Of a stretch of 49,968 nucleotides of DNA, positions 34,925 through 45,731 are shown piece by piece. Source of the stretch: Lawsonibacter sp. Lineage in GTDB: Bacteria > Bacillota > Clostridia > Oscillospirales > Oscillospiraceae. Each line of letters begins with the position of its first letter. The first letter of the stretch is position 1. The position numbers and the translations under genes were made by a program. Below the pieces are notes generated by a model. The model did no database searches. It saw nothing but the letters and a program-made list of their open reading frames with translations, and was not told the origin of the DNA. The DNA is taken from NCBI GenBank assembly GCA_045604585.1, contig JAZUOI010000065.1, positions 1 to 49,968 on the forward strand. The letters are read 5' to 3'.

Positions 34925-35863
34925 ATGACCTTTACCCATTACTCTGTGCTTCTTGAGGAGTGCATCGAGGCGTTGAACATTCGTCCGGACGGTATCTATC
35001 TGGACGGCACGCTGGGTCGGGCGGGTCATTCCCGCCGCATTGCTCAGCAGCTGACCGACGGCGGACGGCTGATTTGCGTAGACCGCGATCAGGCCGCTCT
35101 GGACGCCGCTCAGGAGCGGTTGGCCCAGTGGATGGACCGGGTGACGCTGGTACACAGCAACTTTTCGGAAATCGATGCCATCCTGGACGGCCTTGGCGTG
35201 GATAAGGTGGACGGGATGCTCTTTGACCTTGGGGTCAGCTCCCCCCAGCTGGATGATGCCGGACGGGGTTTTTCCTATATGGCGGACGCCCCGCTGGATA
35301 TGCGTATGGATCAAAGCGAGAGCCTGACTGCCGCCGATGTGGTCAACGGCTGGAGCCAGGACGAGCTGCGGCGCATCCTGCTGCAATACGGGGAGGAACG
35401 GTACGCCGGACTGATCGCCGCGGCCATCGTTCGCCGCAGAGCGGACAAGCCCATTGAAACAACGCTGGAACTGGTGGACGTGATCAAAGGCGCCATGCCC
35501 GCCAAAGCCCTCAAGGAGAAGCAGCACCCGGCCAAGCGCAGCTTTCAGGCCATCCGCATCGCCGTCAACGACGAACTGACCGCGGTGGACAAAATGATTT
35601 GCGCGGCGGTTCCCCGACTGAACAAAGGGGGGCGGCTGGCGGTGATCTCCTTTCACTCCGGTGAAGACCGGCTGGTGAAAAACGGGCTGGCCGCCTTTGC
35701 CAAAGGCTGCACCTGCCCGCCGGACTTTCCTGTATGTGTGTGTGGAAAAACGCCGGATATCCGGCTGGTCAGTAAAAAACCCATCCTGCCCGGAGCGCAG
35801 GAGCTGGAAGAAAATCCCCGTTCCCGCAGCGCCAAGCTGCGTGTGGCGGAGAAGCTGAAGTAA
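34925..35863 (+). CDS. rsmH: 16S rRNA (C1402-N4)-methyltransferase
   Basis: DGTLGRAGHS, DLGVSSPQLD, PLDMRMD, NPRSRSAKLR. Confidence 0.97.
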   Translation: MTFTHYSVLLEECIEALNIRPDGIYLDGTLGRAGHSRRIAQQLTDGGRLICVDRDQAALDAAQERLAQWMDRVTLVHSNFSEIDAILDGLGVDKVDGMLFDLGVSSPQLDDAGRGFSYMADAPLDMRMDQSESLTAADVVNGWSQDELRRILLQYGEERYAGLIAAAIVRRRADKPIETTLELVDVIKGAMPAKALKEKQHPAKRSFQAIRIAVNDELTAVDKMICAAVPRLNKGGRLAVISFHSGEDRLVKNGLAAFAKGCTCPPDFPVCVCGKTPDIRLVSKKPILPGAQELEENPRSRSAKLRVAEKLK

Positions 35864-35892
35864 CAGACGAGAGAGAAACGGGAGGAACAACC

Positions 35893-36438
35893 ATGGCTGC
35901 ACGAAACAGAAGTATGTATCGAGCCGGCGCAAGTGCCGCCTATGCCCCCGTTTATGACGGAAACGCCGTGCGCGTGACCCGCCGGCAGGAGGAACAGCGC
36001 ACCGTTACCCGCCGACGCACCGAACAGCTGGAACAGACCCGTCCTGACCCCCGTGTGCGGCAGGCCGGCGCGGTGGCACCCATGGCGGTGACCGGTGCGG
36101 TGTGTCTGCTGATGATGGCGGCGCTGCTGCTGGTCAGCAGCCTGCAGCTGTACCGGGTGACCAGTTCCGTAGGCAGCCTGCGAAATGAGCTGAGCGTTTT
36201 GCAGGAGGACAACGCGGCGCTGAACGTGAAGTACGAGCAGGTGTTTGACGTGGAATACCTGCAGGCGATGGTGGGCGACACCATGGTGCGCCCCACCAAC
36301 GAGCAGGTGACCTACATCGATATGTCCCAGCCCGACAGCGTGGTTGTGTACAGCAAAATGCCCCGGACCCAGGGCGTTGCCGGTGCGGCACAGGGCGTGC
36401 GGGAGATTTTTACCGGCGTAGTCGAATATTTCCGCTGA
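35893..36438 (+). CDS. ftsL: FtsL-like cell division protein
   Basis: Single TM plus coiled coil; position after rsmH. Confidence 0.65.
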   Translation: MAARNRSMYRAGASAAYAPVYDGNAVRVTRRQEEQRTVTRRRTEQLEQTRPDPRVRQAGAVAPMAVTGAVCLLMMAALLLVSSLQLYRVTSSVGSLRNELSVLQEDNAALNVKYEQVFDVEYLQAMVGDTMVRPTNEQVTYIDMSQPDSVVVYSKMPRTQGVAGAAQGVREIFTGVVEYFR

Positions 36439-36535
36439 GCCGGCACATATAGTAAGACCGGATATATTGCTCAACTCAAGGGCGCAAGAAACGTTTCTTG
36501 CGCCCTTTTGACGATAACGGAGGGAGGAACGGATC

Positions 36536-38992
36536 ATGGCCGAACGCGCCGCGCGCAGACAAAGCAAAGAACAGCGTGTGCTTCAGGAACAGCAGACCAA
36601 ACAGACCATCCTGCTGCGTACGGTGATCCTGGCGGTGTGCTTTGGTGTGCTCACGTTCCTGCTGCTGGGGTGGAAATTGTGGGATGTGGCCATCGTCCAC
36701 CACGAGGAATACCGGGACTACCAGCTGCGTCAGTCCACCCGGGACATCACCGTGCGGGCCAACCGGGGTGCCATCTATGACACCAACGGAAACAAACTGG
36801 CACTGTCCGCCACAGTGTATAACGTGATCCTTTCCCCGGCGGGAATCGAGAACCACTTTAACGATGCCCGGTACGAGAAAAAGGACGGGACCATTGACCG
36901 GGAAAAACAGGAAAAAGAGAAAGGCGAAACGGTTGATGCGGTCATGGACGTGTTGACCGGTCTGCTGGAACTGGATCGGGAGACGGTGGAAAAACACCTG
37001 GGTAAGACCAAGTCCTGGCATGAGGTCGTGTACCGGGGACTGGAGAACGAGCAGTATAAGCAGCTCAAGCAGGCCATCAGCGAGAACAAGCTGACCATGG
37101 CGCTGGAACTGGAGCCGGACAGCAAACGCTATTATCCCTATAACGGCGTGGCGGCCCACGTGGTGGGATTTGTCAACAGCATGGGCGGTGCCTACGGCGT
37201 GGAAGCGGCCTATCAGGATGTGCTGGAGGGTACGCCCGGGCGCATCATCCACTCCCGAGCCAACGGCGGCGCGGAGATCCACAACGGATATTCCGACTAT
37301 ATACAGGCTCAGGACGGCAGTAATATCACCCTGACCATTGATGCCAATATCCAGCGCATGGCCGAGCAGGTTCTGGCTGCCGGCATTGAAAAGTACGATG
37401 TGCGCAACGGGGGTATCTGCATCGTCATGCAGCCCAAGACCGGCGCGGTGCTGGCTATGGCCAATTCGCCCACTTACGACCCCAATGACTACGGCACGGT
37501 GCAGGACCCCATTCTCAATGAGAAAGCGGCGGCCGACAAGCAGACCTATTACCAGCAGATGAAAGAGGAGGGCGCCCGGAACGACAAGGGAGAACCGCTC
37601 ACCGACGAGGAGCTGTGGAAGCAGGCAGGCAATGCCGCGGTGCGTGACGCCCTGAGCCAGCAATGGCGAAGCAAGGTGCTCAACGACACCTACGAGCCGG
37701 GTTCCACCTTCAAATCCGTGGTGCTGGCCGCGGCGTTGGAGGCGGGGGTCATTTCCGACCGGGACACCTTCTATTGCCCGGGCTACTACGTGGTCAACGG
37801 GCGAACCATCCACTGCTCCGACCGTAAGGGACACGGCTCTCAGACGCTGGCGGAGGCGGTGCAGAACTCCTGCAACCCGGCCTTTATGATGATTGGTCAG
37901 AAGCTGGGCGCGGATAAATTTTACGACTATTTGGAAGCCTTTGGCGTGAAAGACCCCACCGGTATCGACCTGCCCGGCGAGGGAAAGGGTCTGCTGTGGA
38001 GCCGGGACTACTTCACCAGTGCTGAGGGCTACCAGTCCCTGGCCACCGCTTCCTTTGGACAGCGCTTTACCGTCAGCCCCCTGCAGCTGCTCACCGCCTT
38101 TTCCGCTACCATCAACGGCGGCTATCTCATGCAGCCCTACGTGCTGCAGACGGTCACCGACCAGAGCGGTGCGGTGCTGGAGCAGAGTGAGCCCGTGGCA
38201 GTGCGGCAGGTGGTCAGTGAACAGACCAGCCAGCGAGTGGCGCAGATTTTGGAAAGCGTCGTGTCCGAGGGCACGGGACGAAATGCCTACGTGGCCGGCT
38301 ATCGCATTGGCGGCAAGACCGGTACGGCAGAGACCGAAGTGACGGACGAGGAGATCGTTTCCTTCGTGGGCTTTGCACCGGCCGACGACCCGGAGGTCAT
38401 TGTGTTGCTGTATTTCGACACCCCACGTCATGCCTCGCCCGGCAGCAAATACGGCTCTACCGGCTATTACATCAGCGGCGGCCAGATGGTCGCGCCGCTG
38501 GCCGGTCAGCTCATCGCTGACGTGCTGGACTACATGGGCGTGGAGCGACAGTATACCAGAGAAGAAGCCAATGCAGCGGACGTGACCGTTCCCAAGGTGG
38601 AGGGCTATGACCTTTCCACCGCGGAGGCGGCACTGAAAAAGAAAAATCTGACCTACCGTACGGTGGGTACAGGCGATGTGGTCACCGGCCAGATCCCGGC
38701 TGTGGGTGCGGTTATTCCGGGCAACAGCACCGTGATCCTCTACATGGGGGATCAGGCGCCCACCGACCAGGTGGCAGTGCCTGACCTGCGGGGTTTGACC
38801 TTCGACCAGGCGAAAGAGCGGCTCAATGCCAGGGGGCTGTACATGCGGGCCTCCGGCGTGTCCTATTTCAGTGCCGTGACCAAGGCACAGGATCAGAGCA
38901 ATGGTCCGGGTGAAATGGTGGATCGTGGCACGGTGGTATCCGTGCGCTTTATCGACACCAGTGTAAACGATTCCTATACCCCGTTGGAGTAA
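36536..38992 (+). CDS. class B penicillin-binding protein (FtsI/SpoVD) with two PASTA domains
   Basis: RGAIYD, EPGSTFK, SCN, KTG; C-terminal VP repeats. Confidence 0.93.
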   Translation: MAERAARRQSKEQRVLQEQQTKQTILLRTVILAVCFGVLTFLLLGWKLWDVAIVHHEEYRDYQLRQSTRDITVRANRGAIYDTNGNKLALSATVYNVILSPAGIENHFNDARYEKKDGTIDREKQEKEKGETVDAVMDVLTGLLELDRETVEKHLGKTKSWHEVVYRGLENEQYKQLKQAISENKLTMALELEPDSKRYYPYNGVAAHVVGFVNSMGGAYGVEAAYQDVLEGTPGRIIHSRANGGAEIHNGYSDYIQAQDGSNITLTIDANIQRMAEQVLAAGIEKYDVRNGGICIVMQPKTGAVLAMANSPTYDPNDYGTVQDPILNEKAAADKQTYYQQMKEEGARNDKGEPLTDEELWKQAGNAAVRDALSQQWRSKVLNDTYEPGSTFKSVVLAAALEAGVISDRDTFYCPGYYVVNGRTIHCSDRKGHGSQTLAEAVQNSCNPAFMMIGQKLGADKFYDYLEAFGVKDPTGIDLPGEGKGLLWSRDYFTSAEGYQSLATASFGQRFTVSPLQLLTAFSATINGGYLMQPYVLQTVTDQSGAVLEQSEPVAVRQVVSEQTSQRVAQILESVVSEGTGRNAYVAGYRIGGKTGTAETEVTDEEIVSFVGFAPADDPEVIVLLYFDTPRHASPGSKYGSTGYYISGGQMVAPLAGQLIADVLDYMGVERQYTREEANAADVTVPKVEGYDLSTAEAALKKKNLTYRTVGTGDVVTGQIPAVGAVIPGNSTVILYMGDQAPTDQVAVPDLRGLTFDQAKERLNARGLYMRASGVSYFSAVTKAQDQSNGPGEMVDRGTVVSVRFIDTSVNDSYTPLE

Positions 38993-39027
38993 TACGGGAA
39001 CAAAGAGAATGAAACCGCCCTTAAGGG

Positions 39028-40158
39028 GTGTGTCTCTTGAAGACGGATTCGCACATGCTGCGCCGTTCCGGGCGCGGCGTTCCCTCCGGTGCTTCCATGC
39101 AGTGTGTGGTGGTGACCGGGAACGGGGATGCAGAACTTGTGACCCACCTGCTTTCTCAGGTGCTCAACGCCCGACCCCACACCCGCGCGCGGGTGGTTGA
39201 ACCGGGGGAGGGAGAGACTCCGGAGGGCGTGCTGGCCGGACTGGCGCGGGAGCGCTGCACCCATGCGCTGCTGCGAGCAGAGCAGAAGCACTTGCTCCGG
39301 CCGGAATGGAAGAATCTCCATCCGGGACTGTGTGTGCTTACCGGAACGCCGGGGGAGAGTGTGGAACTGGCTCGACGCAGCCGGTACGTGGTATACAGTC
39401 CGGATGAGCCGGGCTGGCAGCAGGCGTGGACACCGCCCCATCCGGGTGCGGTCACCTACGCCCAGCAGGATATGCGCGCAAACCTCACCGCCCGGAACCT
39501 GCGGCTATTTCCCAGCCATGTGGAATTTGAGGCGGTGACTACCGGCCGCATCCAGCGCATCTTCTTGCCGGTGGCCGGTGGATTTACCTTCTATCATGGG
39601 CTGTGCGTGCTGGCCTGCGGCCTGTGCCTGGGGCTGGACTGGGAAGGAATGGGGCGCGCGCTGCGCAGTGCTCACGGACCGGTTGGCCGCATGGAGATAC
39701 TGCCCATTTCAGCGGCCTGCTCCGTGGTGCTGGACCGGGCGGAAACAGTGCCTGAGGTAGAACGGCTGCTTACTTGTGCCCGGGAATTCACCGCCGGGCG
39801 GCTGATTTGTCTGCTCAGCTGTCCCAGTCGGGCGGACGGGCAGACGCTGGGTCGGCTGGGCGGCGTGGCCGAACAGTTGGCGGATGAGGTGATCCTCACC
39901 GGGGACGGAGCCGCGACCGACACTGTGCTGACCGCCATGGGACGAGTGCGGCAAGGGATGACCGGCGTGGCCGGGCAGATGCCCGAGCGTGATGAGGCCA
40001 TTGACCGGGCATTGCACTCCGCCGGTGCGGGTGACGTGATCGTGCTGGCCGGAACCCGGGCGGGGGAGTGCCCCCCGGTATTTGCCCGGGAACGGGCACG
40101 TATTATGGCGTATTTTACCGGCACGCGCGCGCAGAAAAACAGCTGCCGCGGCCGTTGA
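39028..40158 (+). CDS. degenerate MurE-like Mur ligase homologue (start uncertain)
   Basis: murE position; residual GRME, GRLIC, LADEVILT, R.EAI..A..GDVIVLAG, but catalytic motifs altered. Confidence 0.65.
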   Translation: MCLLKTDSHMLRRSGRGVPSGASMQCVVVTGNGDAELVTHLLSQVLNARPHTRARVVEPGEGETPEGVLAGLARERCTHALLRAEQKHLLRPEWKNLHPGLCVLTGTPGESVELARRSRYVVYSPDEPGWQQAWTPPHPGAVTYAQQDMRANLTARNLRLFPSHVEFEAVTTGRIQRIFLPVAGGFTFYHGLCVLACGLCLGLDWEGMGRALRSAHGPVGRMEILPISAACSVVLDRAETVPEVERLLTCAREFTAGRLICLLSCPSRADGQTLGRLGGVAEQLADEVILTGDGAATDTVLTAMGRVRQGMTGVAGQMPERDEAIDRALHSAGAGDVIVLAGTRAGECPPVFARERARIMAYFTGTRAQKNSCRGR

Positions 40159-40187
40159 AAAGAGAGAAACCACCGATACGGGAGGAA

Positions 40188-41180
40188 ATGAACATGGTTT
40201 TGATGATGAGTATGGTGATCGCTTTTGCTGTGAGCTGGCTGCTGGGGCGGCTGCTGATCCCGGCGCTGCGGGCGCTGAAAGCGGGGCAGTCCATCAAGGA
40301 GATCGGCCCCAACTGGCATATGTCCAAGCAGGGCACGCCTACCATGGGCGGGCTGATGTTTATCGGCGGCATTGCCCTTGCGGTGCTGCTGGCCGGTTGG
40401 GAGCAGATGATGGCGGGGGACTATACCCATCTCGTGGTATTTGCATTTGCGTTTGTGTTTGGCATCATCGGCTACATTGATGATTTTCAGAAGGTGCGCC
40501 GCCGCAAGAACACCGGACTGAGCGCCATTCAGAAGTTCCTGCTGCAGCTGGCTGCCTCCGTGGCCTTTGTTGTGATACTGCGGGATATGGGACTGCTCAA
40601 CCCGAACCTGTATATTCCTTTCCTCGGCACGGAACTGATCCTGTCCTGGCCGGCGTACATGGTCTTTGCCGCCTTTGCCATGGTGGCTACGGTCAACGCG
40701 GTCAATCTGACCGACGGCGTAGACGGCCTGGCCACCGGTGTGACACTGCCCGTGGCGCTGTTCTATGTGGCGGTAGCGGTGTGGTTCGGACAGACGAAAC
40801 TTGGCATCTTCCCGGCGGCGCTCACCGGCGGACTGGCCGCGTTCCTGCTTTATAACTACCACCCGGCCAAGGTGTTCATGGGTGATACCGGTTCCCTGTT
40901 TTTGGGTGGAGCGGTGTGCGGCATGGCCTTTGTGCTGGATCTGCCGCTGGTTATCCCCTTCATTGGTTTGATTTACGTGGCAGAGGTGCTGTCTGATGTG
41001 ATTCAGGTGACCTACTATAAACTTTCTCACGGAAAGCGCGTGTTCCGCATGGCTCCTCTGCACCACCATCTGGAACTGGGTGGTTGGAGTGAAGTGAAGC
41101 TTTTTTGGGTGTTCAGCGCCGTCACAGCCACCATGTGCTTTGCCGTGTTTCTGGGCATAATCGACCGCGTAGCTGTGTGA
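40188..41180 (+). CDS. mraY: phospho-N-acetylmuramoyl-pentapeptide transferase
   Basis: KQGTPTMGG, NAVNLTDGVDGL, FMGDTGS, MAPLHHHLE. Confidence 0.96.
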   Translation: MNMVLMMSMVIAFAVSWLLGRLLIPALRALKAGQSIKEIGPNWHMSKQGTPTMGGLMFIGGIALAVLLAGWEQMMAGDYTHLVVFAFAFVFGIIGYIDDFQKVRRRKNTGLSAIQKFLLQLAASVAFVVILRDMGLLNPNLYIPFLGTELILSWPAYMVFAAFAMVATVNAVNLTDGVDGLATGVTLPVALFYVAVAVWFGQTKLGIFPAALTGGLAAFLLYNYHPAKVFMGDTGSLFLGGAVCGMAFVLDLPLVIPFIGLIYVAEVLSDVIQVTYYKLSHGKRVFRMAPLHHHLELGGWSEVKLFWVFSAVTATMCFAVFLGIIDRVAV

Positions 41181-41227
41181 TGCTCCCGGCTGCAGACCGG
41201 AACAAATAAGACAGAGGAGGCTGTACC

Positions 41228-42427
41228 ATGGCCGGAAGAAGACGGGCAAAACGGGATTTATCCCCAGGCGAGCTTGCTGCCCGCGGCCCCATTGACCTGC
41301 CCTACCTGATGCTGATGCTGCTGTTGCTGGGTATGGGTGTACTTATGGTGATGTCGGCCTCCTATGCCGTGGGAGGGGAGAACCCTCTTGCCATGGCGCT
41401 GGATCAGGCCAAATATGCCCTGGGTGGCCTGGTGATCATGTACGCCATCTCCCGTTATGACTATCAGAAGCTGCGGTTTTGGTCCATTGTGCTGCTGGCG
41501 GGGTCGCTTGTTTTGCTGGTGCTGGTGCTCACACCTATCGGTGTGGAACGAAACGGTGCCCAGCGCTGGCTGCGTATGCTGCTGTTTGCGGGACCCACCT
41601 ATCAGCCCTCCGAGATCGCCAAAGTGGCCATCATTCTGTTTTTCGCCACCAGTCTCTCCACCCGGGAAAGCCGTAAGCCCCGCCGGTTTACCAAGCGTAC
41701 CCGCTGGGGCAGAACCCTCAATCTGGCCGAGCGGTGGGGGCTGATCGAGCTGAGCTACTACGTGGCGATTTTGGGCGTATTCGCCCTGCTGATGCTGTTT
41801 GAACCCCATATGTCGGGTACGGTGCTGCTGTTCGTGGGCGCGGCGGCGGTGATGTTCGTGTCGGGCATCTCCATGAAGCTGCTGCTCTCGCTGGCTGGCA
41901 TAGGCGTGGGCGGGCTGCTGCTCATTATCCTCAGTCAGCCCTACATGCGCGCCCGTCTGCTGGGCGTGCTTGACACCAACATACAGGACATGGGCTACCA
42001 GATCAAGCAGTCCTTGCTGGGCATCGGCTCGGGCGGCCTGCTGGGTCTGGGGCTGGGCAACAGCCGGCAGAAGTACCAGTTCCTGCCCGAGGCAGAGAAT
42101 GACTTCATCTTCTCCATCGTGGTGGAGGAACTGGGCTTCGTGGGCGGCATGCTCATTCTGATTTTGTTTGCCCTGTTCATCCTGCGCGGCTACTGGATCG
42201 CGCTGCACGCCCGGGATCGCTTCGGTGCCATGGTGGCGGTGGGTATCACCACGCTGTTTGCCGTGCAGGTGTTTCTGAATGTGGGCGTGGTCACCGCGCT
42301 GCTGCCCAACACGGGCATCTCTCTGCCGTTCTTCAGTTATGGCGGCACGGCGCTGATCATGCAGCTGGCCCAGGCGGGTATTATGCTGAGCATATCCAGA
42401 CAAATACCTACGCCGAAACAGGACTGA
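41228..42427 (+). CDS. ftsW: SEDS peptidoglycan glycosyltransferase FtsW/SpoVE
   Basis: GAQRW, QPSEIAK, LPEAENDFIF, LPFFSYGG. Confidence 0.92.
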   Translation: MAGRRRAKRDLSPGELAARGPIDLPYLMLMLLLLGMGVLMVMSASYAVGGENPLAMALDQAKYALGGLVIMYAISRYDYQKLRFWSIVLLAGSLVLLVLVLTPIGVERNGAQRWLRMLLFAGPTYQPSEIAKVAIILFFATSLSTRESRKPRRFTKRTRWGRTLNLAERWGLIELSYYVAILGVFALLMLFEPHMSGTVLLFVGAAAVMFVSGISMKLLLSLAGIGVGGLLLIILSQPYMRARLLGVLDTNIQDMGYQIKQSLLGIGSGGLLGLGLGNSRQKYQFLPEAENDFIFSIVVEELGFVGGMLILILFALFILRGYWIALHARDRFGAMVAVGITTLFAVQVFLNVGVVTALLPNTGISLPFFSYGGTALIMQLAQAGIMLSISRQIPTPKQD

Positions 42428-42517
42428 TTTGGCTGCGTGTCCAATCCGCAGCCCGACAGCACCGAGAGCGGGGATACGCGCATAAGGAGATAAACGCAAC
42501 GGAGAGGGGAACGAGAG

Positions 42518-43642
42518 ATGAATATTCTGTTCACCTGCGGCGGCACTGCGGGGCACGTGAATCCTGCGGTGGGTCTGGCGCGCATTTTTCAGCAGAAGCA
42601 TCCGGGCTGCAAGGTGCTGTTCGTCGGTGCGGACGGCGGGATGGAGACACGGCTGGTGCCCAAGGAGGGGTACGAGATCAAAACAGTTACCATCACCAGC
42701 TTCCGGCGCTCCTTCTCACCCAAAGGAATTGCCCATAACGTGGGTACGGCGTATAATATGCTTCGCTCCCGCCGGCAGGCGGCGAAGATTTTGCGTGACT
42801 TTCGTCCTGATCTTGTGGTGGGGACGGGGGGGTATGCCTCCTATCCTGTGGTGCGGCAGGCCGCGCGCATGGGAATTCCCACCGCGGTGCATGAATCCAA
42901 CGCCCTCCCCGGCCTGACCACCCGAGCCCTTGCCAAGGTGGTGGATCGGGTGATGGTGGGCTTTGAGGAGAGCCGGCGCTGTTATGACCATCCGGACAAA
43001 GTGGTGGTCACCGGTACTCCGGTGCGTACCGACTTTTTCCGCTATACCCGCCAGCAGGCCCGGGAGAAGCTGGGGCTGCGGGACGAGCGGCCGCTGCTGC
43101 TGTCCTACTGGGGGTCGCTGGGGGCACAGGTGATGAACGGACACACGGTGCAGCTGATAAAGCTGGAGCAGGAAAAGGGCTGTCCCTTTCATCATATCCA
43201 CAGCGCGGGCCGGGACTATAAAATGGTGATGACGGCGTTGGACAGACTGGGTGTGGATGCCCGGTCGGGCGCGCTGCAGGTGCGGGAATACATTTACGAT
43301 ATGCCGCTGGTGATGGCGGCGGCGGATGTGGTGGTGTGCCGGGCCGGCGCGTCTACCATTTCCGAACTGACGGCCATCGCCAAGCCCTCTGTCCTGGTGC
43401 CGTCCCCCAATGTGACGGCCAATCATCAGGAGAAAAATGCCCGGGTGCTGGAACAGCAGGGAGCGGCGACGGTGCTGCTGGAGCCGGATTGCTCCGGCTC
43501 GGTGCTGTTTGAAACTGTGTCCTGTCTGTTGAGCGACGAGACCCGCCGGGAAAATATGGCCCGCGCCGCCGGCGCGGCAGGAGCTCCGGATGCGGGCGAA
43601 CGCATTTACCGGGTGTTAGCGGAGCTTTTGAACAAGGGATAA
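42518..43642 (+). CDS. murG: undecaprenyl-PP-MurNAc-pentapeptide GlcNAc transferase
   Basis: GGTAGHVNP, GTGGY, HESN, RAGASTISE, HQEKNA. Confidence 0.96.
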   Translation: MNILFTCGGTAGHVNPAVGLARIFQQKHPGCKVLFVGADGGMETRLVPKEGYEIKTVTITSFRRSFSPKGIAHNVGTAYNMLRSRRQAAKILRDFRPDLVVGTGGYASYPVVRQAARMGIPTAVHESNALPGLTTRALAKVVDRVMVGFEESRRCYDHPDKVVVTGTPVRTDFFRYTRQQAREKLGLRDERPLLLSYWGSLGAQVMNGHTVQLIKLEQEKGCPFHHIHSAGRDYKMVMTALDRLGVDARSGALQVREYIYDMPLVMAAADVVVCRAGASTISELTAIAKPSVLVPSPNVTANHQEKNARVLEQQGAATVLLEPDCSGSVLFETVSCLLSDETRRENMARAAGAAGAPDAGERIYRVLAELLNKG

Positions 43643-43701
43643 ACCAAACGGAGCAAAGTTGCATAGGATAGCCTGAAAACAAGAGGTCTGGAGGCTATCC
43701 C

Positions 43702-45051
43702 ATGAGTTTTTTGACGATTACCGGCCGCCGGCCGCTGTCCGGCAGTCTGACGGTACAGGGGGCGAAAAACAGCGTACTGCCCATCCTTGCCGCCTGCATT
43801 TTGGTGCCGGGAGAGTGTGTGCTGCACAACTGTCCCGACCTGTCTGACGTGCGAGCCACGCTGGCCATTCTGCGAGGACTTGGCTGTCGGGTGAGCCGGC
43901 AGGGGAACACCGTGCGGGTGGATGCCGCGGGGGTGAACTGCGGGGCTATCCCGGCGGAATGGATGCGGCAGATGCGCTCCTCCTTCATCTTCTTTGGGGC
44001 GATTCTCGGTCGGGTGGGGGAAGCGGCGTTAAGCTACCCCGGCGGCTGTGAGCTGGGTCCCAGACCCATCGACCTGCACCTGGACGCGCTGCGCCGGCTG
44101 GGCGCGGATATTTGGGAAGAGGATGGGACAGTATACGGCCGGGGCGGACGTTTTCTGCGGGGGTGCGCGCTGCACCTGCCTTTTCCCAGTGTGGGTGCCA
44201 CGGAAAATGCCATGCTGGCCGCCTGTGCCTGCACAGGGGAGACTGTTATTACCGGAGCGGCGCGGGAACCGGAGATCGAGGATCTGCAAGCATTTCTCAA
44301 CGCTGCCGGCGCATGGGTGCGCGGCGCGGGCAGCGATACGATTATGGTGCGCGGCGGACAACGCCTGCACTCGGCAGAGCACCGGGTAATGGGTGACCGC
44401 ATCGTGGCGGCCACCTGCCTTGCGGCGGTGGGCGCGGCGGGCGGTCGGGCAGAATTGCGGGGCGTGCAGGGGCGCTGGCTGACACCGGTGATCCGGTCGC
44501 TGGAACGCGCCGGCTGTGTTATTGACGAAAGCGAAAACGCTCTGTTGGTCTGTGCAAATAAACCATTGAGTGGTGGCGGGGATATCTGTACCGCACCCTA
44601 TCCCGGCTTTCCCACCGATGCCCAGGCGGTGGTTATGGCGGCGCTGGCCACGGGAATGGGAGAGAGCCGCTTTGAAGAGACCATGTTTCAAAGCCGCTAC
44701 CGTCATGTGCCGGAATTGCTGCGCATGGGGGCGGACATCCAAGTGGACGGACGCAGGGCACTGGTGCGCGGCCGGGCGCTGCATGAGGCGCAGGTGGAAA
44801 GCACCGACCTGCGCGGCGGCGCGGCTCTGGTGGTGGCGGCGTTGGCTGCCGAGGGGACCAGTCGGGTGGGAGCTCTGCACCACATCGACCGGGGCTATGA
44901 ATGTGTGGAAAGGATCTTCTCCCAACTGGGCGCGAGGATCTGCCGAATAAACGAAGGAGAGAGGGTGGCGCTGTGTCAGCTGCCAGAAGAAAACGCAACC
45001 GCTACCGCAGACGCGGCCGTTTCGGCTTCATCTATAAGCTGCTGGCCATAA
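43702..45051 (+). CDS. murA: UDP-N-acetylglucosamine 1-carboxyvinyltransferase
   Basis: GAKNS, PGGCELGPRPIDLH, SVGATEN, PGFPTD, DLRGGA, HIDRGY. Confidence 0.94.
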   Translation: MSFLTITGRRPLSGSLTVQGAKNSVLPILAACILVPGECVLHNCPDLSDVRATLAILRGLGCRVSRQGNTVRVDAAGVNCGAIPAEWMRQMRSSFIFFGAILGRVGEAALSYPGGCELGPRPIDLHLDALRRLGADIWEEDGTVYGRGGRFLRGCALHLPFPSVGATENAMLAACACTGETVITGAAREPEIEDLQAFLNAAGAWVRGAGSDTIMVRGGQRLHSAEHRVMGDRIVAATCLAAVGAAGGRAELRGVQGRWLTPVIRSLERAGCVIDESENALLVCANKPLSGGGDICTAPYPGFPTDAQAVVMAALATGMGESRFEETMFQSRYRHVPELLRMGADIQVDGRRALVRGRALHEAQVESTDLRGGAALVVAALAAEGTSRVGALHHIDRGYECVERIFSQLGARICRINEGERVALCQLPEENATATADAAVSASSISCWP

Positions 45052-45731
45052 TCGCGGTGGTCGCCGCGCTGATCGTGGGCGCCACGGTCTTTTTTCGGGT
45101 ACAGAACATCACGGTGACCGGGGCGCAGCGGTACAGTACCCAGCAGGTCATCGATGCCTCCGGCGCGGTGCAGGGGGCGAACCTGTTTGCGCTGAACAAG
45201 TTTGATATGGCGGCGCAGATCCGCCGTCAGCTGCCCTATGTGGAGGGCGTGAATATCCGCCGTGCGCTGCCGGATACGCTGCTGATCACCGTTACCGAGA
45301 CCGGGGCGGCAGCGGCGGTGGACAGCGCGGTGGGGCGCTGGCTTATCAGCCGTTCGGGCAAGGTGCTGGAACGGGCAGACGAGGAGAGCGGGGTCATTTC
45401 GGTGATTGGGCTGACCGCGGTGGAGCCTCAGATAGGAGAGATGTTGCTGGTGCAGGAGGAGGACAGTTCCCGGCGGGATAGCCTGCAGGCACTGCTCAAG
45501 TCGTTGGATGGGTGTGGTCTGCTGGGGGAAGTGACCTCCCTTGATTTGCGCTCGGCGGCCTATATCATCATGCAGGTGGGAGAGCGCTTTACCGTCAAGC
45601 TGCCCGGAACCGGGGACTTCGACTATCTTCTGGGCGCAATGAACGCCACCATAGAGAAGCTGGAACCCTATGAAGCCGGAACGCTGGATCTTACGGCCAA
45701 AGATTATACCGTGGTATTCAGTCCTGCATAA
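44973..45731 (+). CDS. ftsQ: cell division protein FtsQ/DivIB
   Basis: GTG start, basic N-tail, TM, POTRA (LPYVEGVNIRRALPDTLLITVTE). Confidence 0.85.
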   Translation: MSAARRKRNRYRRRGRFGFIYKLLAIIAVVAALIVGATVFFRVQNITVTGAQRYSTQQVIDASGAVQGANLFALNKFDMAAQIRRQLPYVEGVNIRRALPDTLLITVTETGAAAAVDSAVGRWLISRSGKVLERADEESGVISVIGLTAVEPQIGEMLLVQEEDSSRRDSLQALLKSLDGCGLLGEVTSLDLRSAAYIIMQVGERFTVKLPGTGDFDYLLGAMNATIEKLEPYEAGTLDLTAKDYTVVFSPA

